Shown: positions 21,881 through 30,600 of the stretch, piece by piece
How positions within the stretch are numbered: position 1 is the first letter of the stretch
How the letters are laid out: each line of letters opens with the position of its first letter
Source of the DNA: Candidatus Marinacidobacterales bacterium
GTDB lineage: Bacteria; Acidobacteriota; Vicinamibacteria; Marinacidobacterales; SMYC01
Direction: 5' to 3'
DNA length: 64,000 bases
NCBI GenBank assembly: GCA_965237955.1
Contig: OZ250169.1
Location: forward strand, 3,968,001 to 4,032,000
Program-made: the position numbers and the translations under genes
Notes under the pieces: generated by a model
The model's database searches: none
What the model saw: only the letters and a program-made list of their open reading frames with translations
Told to the model about the DNA's origin: nothing

Positions 21881-24133
21881 CTAGACTTCGGCCATACGCC
21901 CGTAACAGGCGTGCGTGGCTTCGATGAACAGTTGCGCTTCTTCGATGAGGTGATGCGCAGCGTCCGCGCTCACGTCATCGAGAATCTCTTTGTGAGTTCG
22001 GAACAGGTAGTGGGCGAACTTTCCGCCGGCGAAGCGGTCGAAGAAGAGTTTGGTGTCGTAGAACCGGCTTTTGAACTCGTCCACGATCCGCGAGGGGTCG
22101 CCGTTCACGTCCGTACTCTGGGTGTGCACCAGCGCTGCTGCGGCGGACACCATGGCATCGTAGGCGCCCCCGGCGGCGCCTTGGGCATCTCCACGTTCCA
22201 GTTGAAGCTGTGCTTCGAAAACGCGCCTCTCGCTCGCCGCGACCTCGAACGCGAACCGGGAGATGACCTCGCCCGCGCACTCGCCACGACCCATGTCCCC
22301 GATGGTGAACTCGCGCGGGTCACCCCAGTCGGAGTAAAGAGACGAGTCCTCCTCGTAGGCGGGAACATTCATCAAGTCGTCGAGCAGGACACGAACTTTG
22401 TCTTTGCCCATGCTCCGAATCAACGAGGAGAACGTCTGCCCCGACTGCGCCTCTCGCCGGTAGAGATCCGTGAGCCTGGTGACGACCTCGGGGATGCGTT
22501 TCGAGGGCACGGCGCCAATGGCTAAACCGAACGATTTTGCGTTCTCGGTCCATTGCCCGCCGAGCACGACCTGGAAGTGCGGGACCGTTCGTCTGTCGAA
22601 CTGGCGGCTCACGCCATAGAAGCCCACGTCGGCAACATGGTGTTGGCCGCACGAGTTGAAACAGCCACTCACTTTGATGTGAAGGTCTTTCACGGCGGTG
22701 TCGGAGGCCAGGTCCTGCGCCAGGAGGCGGTCTCTGAGCTGGGAGGCGAGGCCGCGCGACGAGGCGATGCCGAGCTTGCAGGTATCGGTTCCAGGGCAAG
22801 CGGTAACGTCCACGATCGTGCCGGCGCCCGGTTGTGCGAGCCCGATGGAATCGAGCGCGGTGAAGAGCTTCGGAAGATGCGCTTCGGCGACGTAGCGAAG
22901 CACGAAGTTCTGTTCCACGGTGGTGCGAAGCGTGTCGCCGCTGGACTTGCCGAACACTCGCGCGACCTCGGCGAGTGCCCTCGCCTGGTGGGCCGAGATG
23001 TCTCCGAGCGGAAGCGTCACCACGGCCACGGCATAGCCCTCTTGGCGCTGCGGACGGACGTTCGTCGCTTTCCATGCGTCGAATGCTGGCGGCACGTCGG
23101 GTGCGTCAACGTCGAGCGTTAACGGCGGCGGCGTCACGAGCTCGCCATCGCCTTCGCTCAGGTACTCCGTCCAGCGAGAATCTCCCGGCAATTTCCTTCT
23201 TTCTTCGAGAACGAGACGCCGGAGCTCGTCGATGCCCAGTTTTTTGACGAGAAACTTCAGCCGGGCCCGCGCGCGGTTTTTCTTCTCACCGAGGCGGGCG
23301 AAAACGCGGCAAATGGCCTGGGCGATCGGAAGGATCTCCTCTTCGGGGAGGAACGGATCGAACAACTTCGCCGGATGCGGAACCGCGCCGAGGCCGCCAC
23401 CAACGTAGAGCTCGAATCCGCGCCGTGTGCGGCCGTCTTCGGTTCGGGTCCGTGCGATGAAACCGAGATCGTGAAACGTGGTGAGCCCGCACGGCTCGTC
23501 CTTGCAGCCGGAAAAAGCAACTTTGAACTTGCGACCAAAGTCCTGGGCATCCGGATGACCCAACAGGAAGTAGGCCATGGCTCTCGCGTAGCGGGTCACG
23601 TCGAACGTTTCACCGCAGCAGACGCCGGCTAGAGGACAGGCGGTCACGTTCCTCACCGAGTTGCCACAGGCTTCGCGGGTGGTGATGCCAACCGCGGCGA
23701 GACGACGCATGACGTCGGGTGTGTCCTCGATGTGGACGTAGTGAAGCTGAAAATCCTGGCGCGTGGTGACGTGGAGCACGCCGGCGGAATACTCTTCGGA
23801 GAGCTCCGCGAGGACGTCGAGCTGATCCGGTGAGACCGACCCGAACGGGATCTTGATGCGTTGCATCCCCGGCGCGTCCCAGAGCGTTTGCAGGCCCTTG
23901 GTGAGCGCCGCCGAAGGGTAGGTGAGTGTGCGCGACTCGTTGCCGTCGTGCCGGTGGCCGTTGTCGTAGCGTTGCCCGTAGACACCTCGGCGAAGGCGGC
24001 TCTCGCCGAAGATCTTCTCGTCGAGCTTTCCCTGCCGGCGAAGCTCGAGCTCGGTCTCGTAGATGTCGATCTCGCGACCGAGATCGGGCGGGATCTGCGC
24101 CCCGAGTTCTTGTTTCCAGGTGAGGATACTCAT
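21881..24133 (-). CDS. Siroheme-[4Fe-4S] nitrite/sulfite reductase with C-terminal extension
   Basis: 'LRRGVYGQR', 'HVTTRQDFQLH', 'TACPGTDTCKLG', 'SGCFNSCGQH'. Confidence 0.9.
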   Translation of the reverse strand: MSILTWKQELGAQIPPDLGREIDIYETELELRRQGKLDEKIFGESRLRRGVYGQRYDNGHRHDGNESRTLTYPSAALTKGLQTLWDAPGMQRIKIPFGSVSPDQLDVLAELSEEYSAGVLHVTTRQDFQLHYVHIEDTPDVMRRLAAVGITTREACGNSVRNVTACPLAGVCCGETFDVTRYARAMAYFLLGHPDAQDFGRKFKVAFSGCKDEPCGLTTFHDLGFIARTRTEDGRTRRGFELYVGGGLGAVPHPAKLFDPFLPEEEILPIAQAICRVFARLGEKKNRARARLKFLVKKLGIDELRRLVLEERRKLPGDSRWTEYLSEGDGELVTPPPLTLDVDAPDVPPAFDAWKATNVRPQRQEGYAVAVVTLPLGDISAHQARALAEVARVFGKSSGDTLRTTVEQNFVLRYVAEAHLPKLFTALDSIGLAQPGAGTIVDVTACPGTDTCKLGIASSRGLASQLRDRLLAQDLASDTAVKDLHIKVSGCFNSCGQHHVADVGFYGVSRQFDRRTVPHFQVVLGGQWTENAKSFGLAIGAVPSKRIPEVVTRLTDLYRREAQSGQTFSSLIRSMGKDKVRVLLDDLMNVPAYEEDSSLYSDWGDPREFTIGDMGRGECAGEVISRFAFEVAASERRVFEAQLQLERGDAQGAAGGAYDAMVSAAAALVHTQSTDVNGDPSRIVDEFKSRFYDTKLFFDRFAGGKFAHYLFRTHKEILDDVSADAAHHLIEEAQLFIEATHACYGRMAEV

Positions 24134-24891
24134 ACAGGAACTCCCTTCGATGAAACTTGGCCTTCCGAGCCTTTGGAGATTGTCGCGCCGAGACTGACGA
24201 CGTCGCCGACGATGATCACGCCCGGCGCTCCAGGGAGAGGAACGGGCGTGCGCGCGAGCGTTGCGATGGTCCCGGTCCAAGTGGCGGTGTCGGGCGACGA
24301 GGCGTTGCAGGTGATAGCGGCTGGGGTCTCTCGGCTCCATCCGCGCTCTATCAAGAACTCCGCGAGCGTCGTGCGAGTCGAAAGACCCATCAGCACGACG
24401 AGGGTCACCGAGTGAGGATCGATCGAGCCGAGGACCGTGCCGAGGGCTTCCGGGCTGTGGCCGGAAAGCACGACGAAAGCCGAAGTGAGGCCGCGGTGGG
24501 TCACCGGCATGCCAGCGAGCGCGGGTGCGGCAAGCGCCGAGCTGATGCCGGGCACGATCTCGTAAGGCACACCGGCTCTCGCCAGAGCGAGCGCCTCTTC
24601 GCCGCCTCGACCGAGAACGAACGGGTCGCCGCCCTTGAGGCGGACGAGACGATCGCCTCCGCGCGCAAATTGGATCATGAGCTCATGAATGGCTTCCTGC
24701 TCGATCCTCCCGCAACCCTTCCGTTTCCCGACGTCGAAGCACTGCGCGTCTCGAGCGAGCTTCAACACTTCGTCCGATACCAGCGCGTCGTACAGGACGA
24801 CGACCGCCTCTTCGAGGCGCTTCACCGCCTTCACTGTCAAAAGCTCGGGGTCGCCGGGTCCCGCACCGACGAGAGAGACTAGACCCGTCAT
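24130..24891 (-). CDS. cobA: Uroporphyrinogen-III C-methyltransferase
   Basis: 'LVGAGPGDPELLT', 'RLKGGDPFVLGRGGEE', 'PGISSA'. Confidence 0.93.
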   Translation of the reverse strand: MTGLVSLVGAGPGDPELLTVKAVKRLEEAVVVLYDALVSDEVLKLARDAQCFDVGKRKGCGRIEQEAIHELMIQFARGGDRLVRLKGGDPFVLGRGGEEALALARAGVPYEIVPGISSALAAPALAGMPVTHRGLTSAFVVLSGHSPEALGTVLGSIDPHSVTLVVLMGLSTRTTLAEFLIERGWSRETPAAITCNASSPDTATWTGTIATLARTPVPLPGAPGVIIVGDVVSLGATISKGSEGQVSSKGVPV

Positions 24892-25457
24892 CCGCGCGCT
24901 GCCTTTTCGTAGAGCTGGTTCACCGCTTGGAGGAGCAGAGGATAGCGGCGCTCCATCGGAACGCCCGCGGCCCGCCACTCGCGACGCTTCTCGACCGCGA
25001 GACTCCTCCATCGATCGAGATCGGCAGGGAGGAGCTCGGCGAGAGCTTCGCGCAATAGTCGCGACAGCGCCGGAGCGGCTCCACCGGTCGAGATACTCAC
25101 GGTGACGCCGGAGCGGCGCACCACGGCACCAGCGTAGGCGCTGCAAGACGCTTTGTCGTCTACGGCGATCACGAACCGCCGCCGTTTCTCCGCGACGTTT
25201 GCGACCAGGTGGTTGATCGCAGGCGTCGCCGCGGCAATCACGAACCAGGCGTTTTTGAGATCGCGAGCGTGGAAGGCGCGCCGATGCAACGTGAGGTTCG
25301 GGTGCGTCCAGGCGAAGCCGATCGACGGCGCGACGACGGTGACGCGGGCCCCCGCGTCCAGAAGACTCTTGGTCTTGGACTCTGCCACGGCGCCGCCGCC
25401 GACCACGACAGCGTCCCGTCCGTCGAGGTCGAGAAAAACCGGAAACAGTGCCGGCAT
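24888..25457 (-). CDS. Precorrin-2 dehydrogenase / sirohydrochlorin ferrochelatase (CysG N-terminal type)
   Basis: 'FPVFLDL', 'VVGGGAVAESK', 'ISTGGAAPALSR'. Confidence 0.88.
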   Translation of the reverse strand: MPALFPVFLDLDGRDAVVVGGGAVAESKTKSLLDAGARVTVVAPSIGFAWTHPNLTLHRRAFHARDLKNAWFVIAAATPAINHLVANVAEKRRRFVIAVDDKASCSAYAGAVVRRSGVTVSISTGGAAPALSRLLREALAELLPADLDRWRSLAVEKRREWRAAGVPMERRYPLLLQAVNQLYEKAARG

Positions 25458-25474
25458 GTTCGTGCTCCTAAAGT

Positions 25475-25511
25475 AAAAAAGGCCCGGCTCCCTTCACAGG
25501 AAGCTGGGCCT
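25475..25511 (-). terminator. Intrinsic terminator (attenuator) just upstream of the cysG-N start
   Basis: AGGCCCAGCTTCC-loop-GGAGCCGGGCCT followed by a T-run, 17 nt before the ATG. Confidence 0.8.
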
Positions 25512-25534
25512 GGATTGCCGCTTGGGCTAACGAT

Positions 25535-25678
25535 CTACATAGCTACCCCGAGGCTCAGGCTCGCCACTTGGCCGCCCGGCCCGTCGGTCCCGTTCCTATC
25601 AACGCGATGCAGCAATTTCTTGAAGCAAGGCCCAGTCCCGCTGGGCCGGATACACTCGCAATAAATGGAAACTGTCAT
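25535..25678 (-). CDS. Cys-containing leader peptide, 47 aa (MTVSIYCECIRPSGTGPCFKK...)
   Basis: Hand-translated sORF between promoter and terminator; 3 Cys. Confidence 0.65.
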   Translation of the reverse strand: MTVSIYCECIRPSGTGPCFKKLLHRVDRNGTDGPGGQVASLSLGVAM

Positions 25679-25704
25679 CGCAAAACTCTCGAATCAGACA
25701 ACCC

Positions 25705-25733
25705 AATATGACAAAAACCATAGGAGTTGTCAA
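25705..25733 (-). promoter_or_regulatory. Sigma70-type promoter
   Basis: TTGACA-17-CATATT with extended TG. Confidence 0.7.
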
Positions 25734-25744
25734 GTTCGAAGGTC

Positions 25745-25773
25745 TTGACAAGCGTGCCGGATTGCGCCATGCT
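25745..25773 (+). promoter_or_regulatory. Sigma70-type promoter
   Basis: TTGACA-17-CATGCT. Confidence 0.65.
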
Positions 25774-25783
25774 GTGTCGAGCG

Positions 25784-25906
25784 ATGAGTTTACTGGCGTG
25801 TACCAACTGCGCATGTAGCGGGCCCGCTCGCACGGGCCAACATGCCACCATGCCAAGATACGCGGGATCGTATCTTGGCCGAGAGGAACTAGCGATTAGC
25901 CGCTAA
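25784..25906 (+). CDS. Cys-containing leader peptide, 40 aa (MSLLACTNCACSGPARTGQ...)
   Basis: Hand-translated sORF about 10 nt after the -10 box; Cys at codons 6, 9 and 11. Confidence 0.68.
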   Translation: MSLLACTNCACSGPARTGQHATMPRYAGSYLGREELAISR

Positions 25907-25934
25907 AGCCCAGGCAATCTCACACGGCGTATTG

Positions 25935-25970
25935 GCCCAGGTCGAAAAAGGACCTGGGCTTTTTGCTTTT
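25935..25970 (+). terminator. Intrinsic terminator (attenuator) upstream of cysH
   Basis: GCCCAGGTC-GAAAAAG-GACCTGGGC then TTTTTGCTTTT. Confidence 0.85.
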
Positions 25971-25985
25971 GTGGCGGAGGTAGAA

Positions 25986-26711
25986 ATGGAAACGGAAACT
26001 CAGTCGGAGCGCCTCGACGAGTTGCACCGAGAGCTGAAGTTACGAGCAACGGTGGAAGTGCTTCGCGTCGTCACGGAACGATTCCGCGACCGAGTGACGA
26101 TGTCCACCGGCTTCGGTGTCTCGGGCTCGGTTCTTCTCGATATCGCCGCGCGCAACGCGATCCCGCTCGACGTCTTCACGCTCGATACCGGACTTTTGTT
26201 CCCCGAGACGTACGCGCTCTGGGAGCAGCTCGAGACCCGGTACGGGATGACGATTCGCGGCGTCCGACCGGCCATGAGTGTCGATGAGCAAGCTCGAAAG
26301 CTCGGCGAGGCGCTCTGGGAGAGAGAGCCGGACGCGTGCTGCCGGCTCCGGAAAGTCGTTCCGCTCGAAGCGGCGCTGAGCGGATTCGATGCGTGGATCA
26401 CGGCGATCCGCCGCGATCAGACCGCGGATCGCGCCGATAGCTCGTGGGCCGAGATCGACGAGCGTTTCGGTGTGGTGAAGGTCAACCCGCTCATCGAATG
26501 GACGTCGGACGACGTCTGGCACTACGTCCGCCGCTACGACGTGCCCTTCAACCCTCTTCACCTGCACGGCTTTCCGAGCATCGGCTGCGGTCCATGCACG
26601 ACGCCAGTCGCTTCGGGCGAGTCGCGCCGCGCCGGTCGATGGCGAGGACGCGGCAAGACCGAGTGCGGGCTCCACGGCCGGCCTCGCTCGGAGACTTCAC
26701 GCGAGAGTTAG
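25986..26711 (+). CDS. cysH: APS/PAPS reductase (Fe-S type)
   Basis: 'LDTGLLFPETY', 'CCRLRKV', 'SIGCGPCT', 'KTECGLH'; GGAGG RBS. Confidence 0.92.
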   Translation: METETQSERLDELHRELKLRATVEVLRVVTERFRDRVTMSTGFGVSGSVLLDIAARNAIPLDVFTLDTGLLFPETYALWEQLETRYGMTIRGVRPAMSVDEQARKLGEALWEREPDACCRLRKVVPLEAALSGFDAWITAIRRDQTADRADSSWAEIDERFGVVKVNPLIEWTSDDVWHYVRRYDVPFNPLHLHGFPSIGCGPCTTPVASGESRRAGRWRGRGKTECGLHGRPRSETSRES

Positions 26712-26769
26712 GCGGCCGGTCACCGGCCCATGGTATCGTGCGCCGTCGCGCGGGGATTAGAGTAAACGA

Positions 26770-26910
26770 TGTGACGGTATCGTCGAGCTGATCGCTTTGC
26801 TCGAGGTAATCCACGACGCGTCCGATGTGGAAATCCATGTTCTCGACCATGGCTGCGTAGAGCTCCATCGCGCGCGCATACGTTTGCTTCGACTCTTCGT
26901 CGAGGTGTGG
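26770..26910 (-). pseudogene. Arylsulfatase internal fragment
   Basis: 'ARAMELYAAMVENMDFHIGRVVDYLEQSDQLDDT'. Confidence 0.6.
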
Positions 26911-28223
26911 AGGGAGACTCGAGTTGCATCGGCGCTCCCGTGGACGGGCTATACTCGGCACACTCGATGTCTGCACTGTGGCGCCAACTTCGCCGACGCG
27001 GCAACCGTACTCTCGTGGAGCTCGGGTCGCAGTCGGAGAGAGCGGTCGAGACTTCGTTTCGAATACTGCTGCTCAGAGCGCCCGATGCAACCGAGCGTCG
27101 CGACCGCTCACGCGTGCTCGAGGGCGGGCAATCGCCAGACGAGCTCAACCGAAGCCTTTTTGGCTCGGCCGAGTTTCGCCAGGTGCACGACGGACTCACT
27201 GGCAGCGGCGATCTCGGCCGCAATCCCGACGTGGTCGCACGGGAAGTACTTGCGCGCGTCGGCGACCGCGCTACATTCGTTGCGGCTGCCTACCGTTGTC
27301 TTCTTGGACGTGACGCGGACGCGGCCGGCCGTGCGTACTACCTCGAACGTCTCTCCCAGGGCGCGTCTCACCTGAGCGTCATCAAAGCGCTTGCGCTGTC
27401 GGACGAGTTCGATGCGCGGTACAAGGAGATCTGTCCTCAGGTCGGTCTCATTCCCTACGACGCTCAGCTTTGCGAGCTCGCCAATCCTGCGAAGTGGGAC
27501 AACCCCGAGTGGGTGTCCTTGCTGCGATCGGTCGGTACGGTGCCGCCCGACAAGCTATCGATGCATCGCAAAGCCTACGAGTTCACGCAGACGCTCTTCG
27601 GTCTTTCTCGGCTGGACCGGCTGCGGGACGGCGTGCGCATTTTGAGCGTTGGTGCCGGCCATGAAGCCATCCTCTACTGGCTAGCCAACCGCGTCGGTTG
27701 CGTCGTCGCTACGGACATGTACGACACCGAATGGAAAAACGCTCGTGCCGGCGAGGGCGACGAGAACGTCGCTAGACGACCCGAGGAGTTCGCCCCATTT
27801 CCCTACAGACAGGACCACCTAGTCTTTTCGGAGATGAACGGGCGGACGCTCGGATTCCGTGACGAGTCGTTCGACGTCGCCTACTCGCTGTCCTCGATCG
27901 AGCACTTCGGCGGCTTCGAGGGGGGGCGGGATGCGATCGACGAGATGGCGCGCGTCGTCAAGCCTGGCGGGCTAGTCGTGGTCGCGACCGAGTATCTCCT
28001 TGCTGGACCAAGAACCGACGAGACGTTTCCGCCCGACGAGATCCGCGCGCTTGCCGACCGCCCGGGGCTCAAACTCTTGCAGCCCATCGATGAGCACATT
28101 TACGAACGCTACCAGCTGGAGGCCGTCGATCTCCTGACGAACCCGTACCAGACACCGCAGATGTTGGTACGAAATGGCGACACCGTGTTCACGTCGGTGA
28201 TGCTGTTTCTCGAGAAGGCCTAA
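26907..28223 (+). CDS. DUF4214-like repeats fused to a class I SAM methyltransferase (start uncertain)
   Basis: 'FVAAAYRCLLGRDADAAGRAYY..SDEF'; 'ILSVGAG', 'FDVAYSLSSIEHFG', 'RVVKPGG'. Confidence 0.7.
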   Translation: MEGDSSCIGAPVDGLYSAHSMSALWRQLRRRGNRTLVELGSQSERAVETSFRILLLRAPDATERRDRSRVLEGGQSPDELNRSLFGSAEFRQVHDGLTGSGDLGRNPDVVAREVLARVGDRATFVAAAYRCLLGRDADAAGRAYYLERLSQGASHLSVIKALALSDEFDARYKEICPQVGLIPYDAQLCELANPAKWDNPEWVSLLRSVGTVPPDKLSMHRKAYEFTQTLFGLSRLDRLRDGVRILSVGAGHEAILYWLANRVGCVVATDMYDTEWKNARAGEGDENVARRPEEFAPFPYRQDHLVFSEMNGRTLGFRDESFDVAYSLSSIEHFGGFEGGRDAIDEMARVVKPGGLVVVATEYLLAGPRTDETFPPDEIRALADRPGLKLLQPIDEHIYERYQLEAVDLLTNPYQTPQMLVRNGDTVFTSVMLFLEKA

Positions 28224-28228
28224 CAACC

Positions 28229-28349
28229 ATGAGCAGCTCGGTCGAGGTTCCGCTCGTCGCCATCATCGGGTTCAAAGACGGCAAAGTCGCGCACGAGCGC
28301 ATCTACTGGGATCAGGCATCGGTGCTGGTTCATCGTGGGATCCGTGTAA
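28229..28349 (+). pseudogene. SnoaL-like ester cyclase C-terminal fragment
   Basis: 'VEVPLVAIIGFKDGKVAHERIYWDQASVL'. Confidence 0.6.
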
Positions 28350-29201
28350 GCCCGTAAGCCCGTCCCTCTGCTCTTCCTTTTTGAGAAACAAGAACGAATC
28401 GAGCCGCTCCAGGCGATCGGTGTTGATGAGATCGACACCCGCGCGGTAGAGCTCTTCCCAGACAGCGGCGTTGTCCGGTGCGGCCCAAAAGCGGACCATG
28501 CGGCCAGAGCGATGGGCCTTCCGAACAATCTCTCGCAGCCTCGTCCTCTCTTCCTTTGGCATCGTCCCATCACCTCGCCACTCGAAATGCTCTTCCCAGT
28601 TGTCGCTGATGAGCGGCATCACGTGGCTGGGTATCCTGGAGTCCAGGTCCGAGAGCCGTCCGTCGATGCCGGCACAACGTAGCTTGTCGGCCGAAATACG
28701 ATCGATTGCCCGGTTGCCGCTAATGACCGCCGTCATGGCGCCCGCTGTCATCCGGTTATCCTGCATGCAGCCGAGGATATCCTTGTATTCGGTCAAAACC
28801 TGACGCAACGCTCTGTAGGTCTCCGAACCGTCGGATTTGATATCGATCAACAGAATTAGCGGCCTGCCTTCGGACCTGCCTTCGGAAAAGACGCGACCGC
28901 CATGAATTTCGATTCGACGACGAAGTGGTTCCAGATACATTGTCGTGAGGGTTTCTTCGGCATGAAGCTTCTCTCGCTCATGGCCCACTAGCAATCTACC
29001 GTCCACGAGAAAGATGTCGACTTCAACGCTGCAGGCGCCGTACTCTAGCGCATCGAGTAGCGGCCTATCATTCAAGAAGTCATTGTGTGCATGAGCACAA
29101 GGCTTTGGTCCGGCCGCGCCCTCCACGCCCCTGGCGAAGTTGAGAAGCGTCAAGGCCGAGACCGCCACCAAAACCGATGAGCAAGAGAGCTTTCGTGTCA
29201 T
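28272..29201 (-). CDS. PLC-like / glycerophosphodiester phosphodiesterase (Aim6-like), secreted
   Basis: 'AHAHNDF', 'SVEVDIF', 'LLIDIK', 'VRFWAAPD', 'GVDLINTD'; C-terminus probably reads past the original stop. Confidence 0.75.
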   Translation of the reverse strand: MTRKLSCSSVLVAVSALTLLNFARGVEGAAGPKPCAHAHNDFLNDRPLLDALEYGACSVEVDIFLVDGRLLVGHEREKLHAEETLTTMYLEPLRRRIEIHGGRVFSEGRSEGRPLILLIDIKSDGSETYRALRQVLTEYKDILGCMQDNRMTAGAMTAVISGNRAIDRISADKLRCAGIDGRLSDLDSRIPSHVMPLISDNWEEHFEWRGDGTMPKEERTRLREIVRKAHRSGRMVRFWAAPDNAAVWEELYRAGVDLINTDRLERLDSFLFLKKEEQRDGLTGLHGSHDEPAPMPDPSRCARARLCRL

Positions 29202-29256
29202 CCTAATGAAGGATGGTACACTGCTTCGCTAATCGGGAAAGATTCTCCGGCGGCTG

Positions 29257-30213
29257 CTACGGTAGATAACGCTTGGGATACTTCGCGACGACCGTATAGG
29301 CGGGGTCGACGATGTTGGCCACGGTGTTCTCGGCAAGCTGCCCGAGAAGCGCATACGCGTCCAAGCGGTCGAAACCATAATCCGCCTGGAGCCATTCGAC
29401 CAGCTCTACGTGCGCCAGACGGAAGGCATCGATGAGAGGCCGTGCGCTCCCCGCCACCATGATGTAGTCGTCGTCCTCGAGGCGCGGCCAGTCGATCGTC
29501 TTGCCCTTGATGAGGTCGATCCGGAGCTCGACGTCCATCGACGTTTCAAGGCCGGTGCCGCCAACCTCGCCTTCACCCTGCCGCGCGTGACCGTCGCCGA
29601 AATAGAAGTAAGCGCCGTCGTGAAAAATCGGAAGATAGACCGTCGTACCTTCGCGTACTTCGGGGGCATCCATGTTTCCCCCGAAGTCCCCGGGCCATAA
29701 TCCGCCGAAGGCCTCCTCGCCACGCGGCGCGACCGCGACCCGTCCGAGCATGGGTTGTAGATCGACGGTAATGGACCCCATGCGGCTACCGGGAAGCTCG
29801 GTGGTTCCGGTCATTTCTTCTCGATCGAGCCGCCAGACGTAGCGGCGCTGCCCGATCGGATCGGCGAGAAATCGTACCCGGCTCTCGCCCGCGAGCCCCC
29901 CGAACGAGGACGAAACCTGGGCGGCAGCGATAGTGTGATTGGGCCGGACTTTCAACACCTCCACCACGAGCGTGTCTTCCGTAGTCGCGCCCTCGATGTA
30001 GAACGGACCGACCTCGCCCGGAAAGGCGCCGCCCTGCTCGGTGTAGTAGGGCCCCATCATCGTGTTGGAAACGAGGATCGTGTTCGGCCGAATGCGCAGG
30101 ACGGGCTCGCGCACCGCGAACGTCGGGTAGCCGATTTCGGGCGTGAACTCGACACGCTCCTGCGCTGCCGCGCCCGCGGCGACGAGAAGAATGGTCCACA
30201 AAGGCATACGCAT
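29257..30213 (-). CDS. Acetamidase/formamidase family protein
   Basis: 'GGNMDAPE', 'FGDGHARQGEGEV', 'GLETSMDV'. Confidence 0.88.
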   Translation of the reverse strand: MRMPLWTILLVAAGAAAQERVEFTPEIGYPTFAVREPVLRIRPNTILVSNTMMGPYYTEQGGAFPGEVGPFYIEGATTEDTLVVEVLKVRPNHTIAAAQVSSSFGGLAGESRVRFLADPIGQRRYVWRLDREEMTGTTELPGSRMGSITVDLQPMLGRVAVAPRGEEAFGGLWPGDFGGNMDAPEVREGTTVYLPIFHDGAYFYFGDGHARQGEGEVGGTGLETSMDVELRIDLIKGKTIDWPRLEDDDYIMVAGSARPLIDAFRLAHVELVEWLQADYGFDRLDAYALLGQLAENTVANIVDPAYTVVAKYPKRYLP

Positions 30214-30294
30214 GGCTTGACCTCCTAGCGCTTTCGTTGCGGCAGCAACCAGAGAACGAATTCTACTTCCCGGTACGCTTTGTCCCACGAAAAG

Positions 30295-30600
30295 GATAGG
30301 AAATTTCAAAGCCCGCCCGGCGTGTTCCACTGCAGTTTCTCCAGCTTGAACGAGGTGACGACACCTCACTAAATGTCGGTGACACTAGCAAAGAGTACGG
30401 AGCAAGACAAGCCGGTTTTCGGAAGACGACAACGGTAGCCTGCCGTGAGCGACGCGGCGGAGTTCTGCAGTATGACTATCGTGCCGCTCCCGTCGTAGAC
30501 GACTGGGCTCGGTGCGTAGCCGCCGACCCCGCCGAGCCGTGCCGTTGGGCAGAGGGCTGGCCCGCGCGAAGCGTGGGCATCTCCAAGGCGCTGCCTGGTG
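30295..30600 (-). mobile_element. IS91/ISCR-like rolling-circle element 3' remnant
   Basis: Minus strand ends TTGAAATTTCCTATC, resembling the ...CTATC ends of the other two IS91-like remnants here. Confidence 0.45.

Noticed and set aside
24130-25457. cobA plus cobS/cobT as evidence of a B12 pathway
   Set aside because: cobA and cysG-N sit in the sulfite reductase operon (siroheme synthesis) and are over 30 kb from the cobS/cobT-like genes.
25458-25985. SAM-I riboswitch or T-box upstream of the sulfur genes
   Set aside because: No SAM-I core (ATC..GAG..GAGGGA..GCAACC) or T-box sequence found; Cys-codon leader ORFs explain the terminators better.
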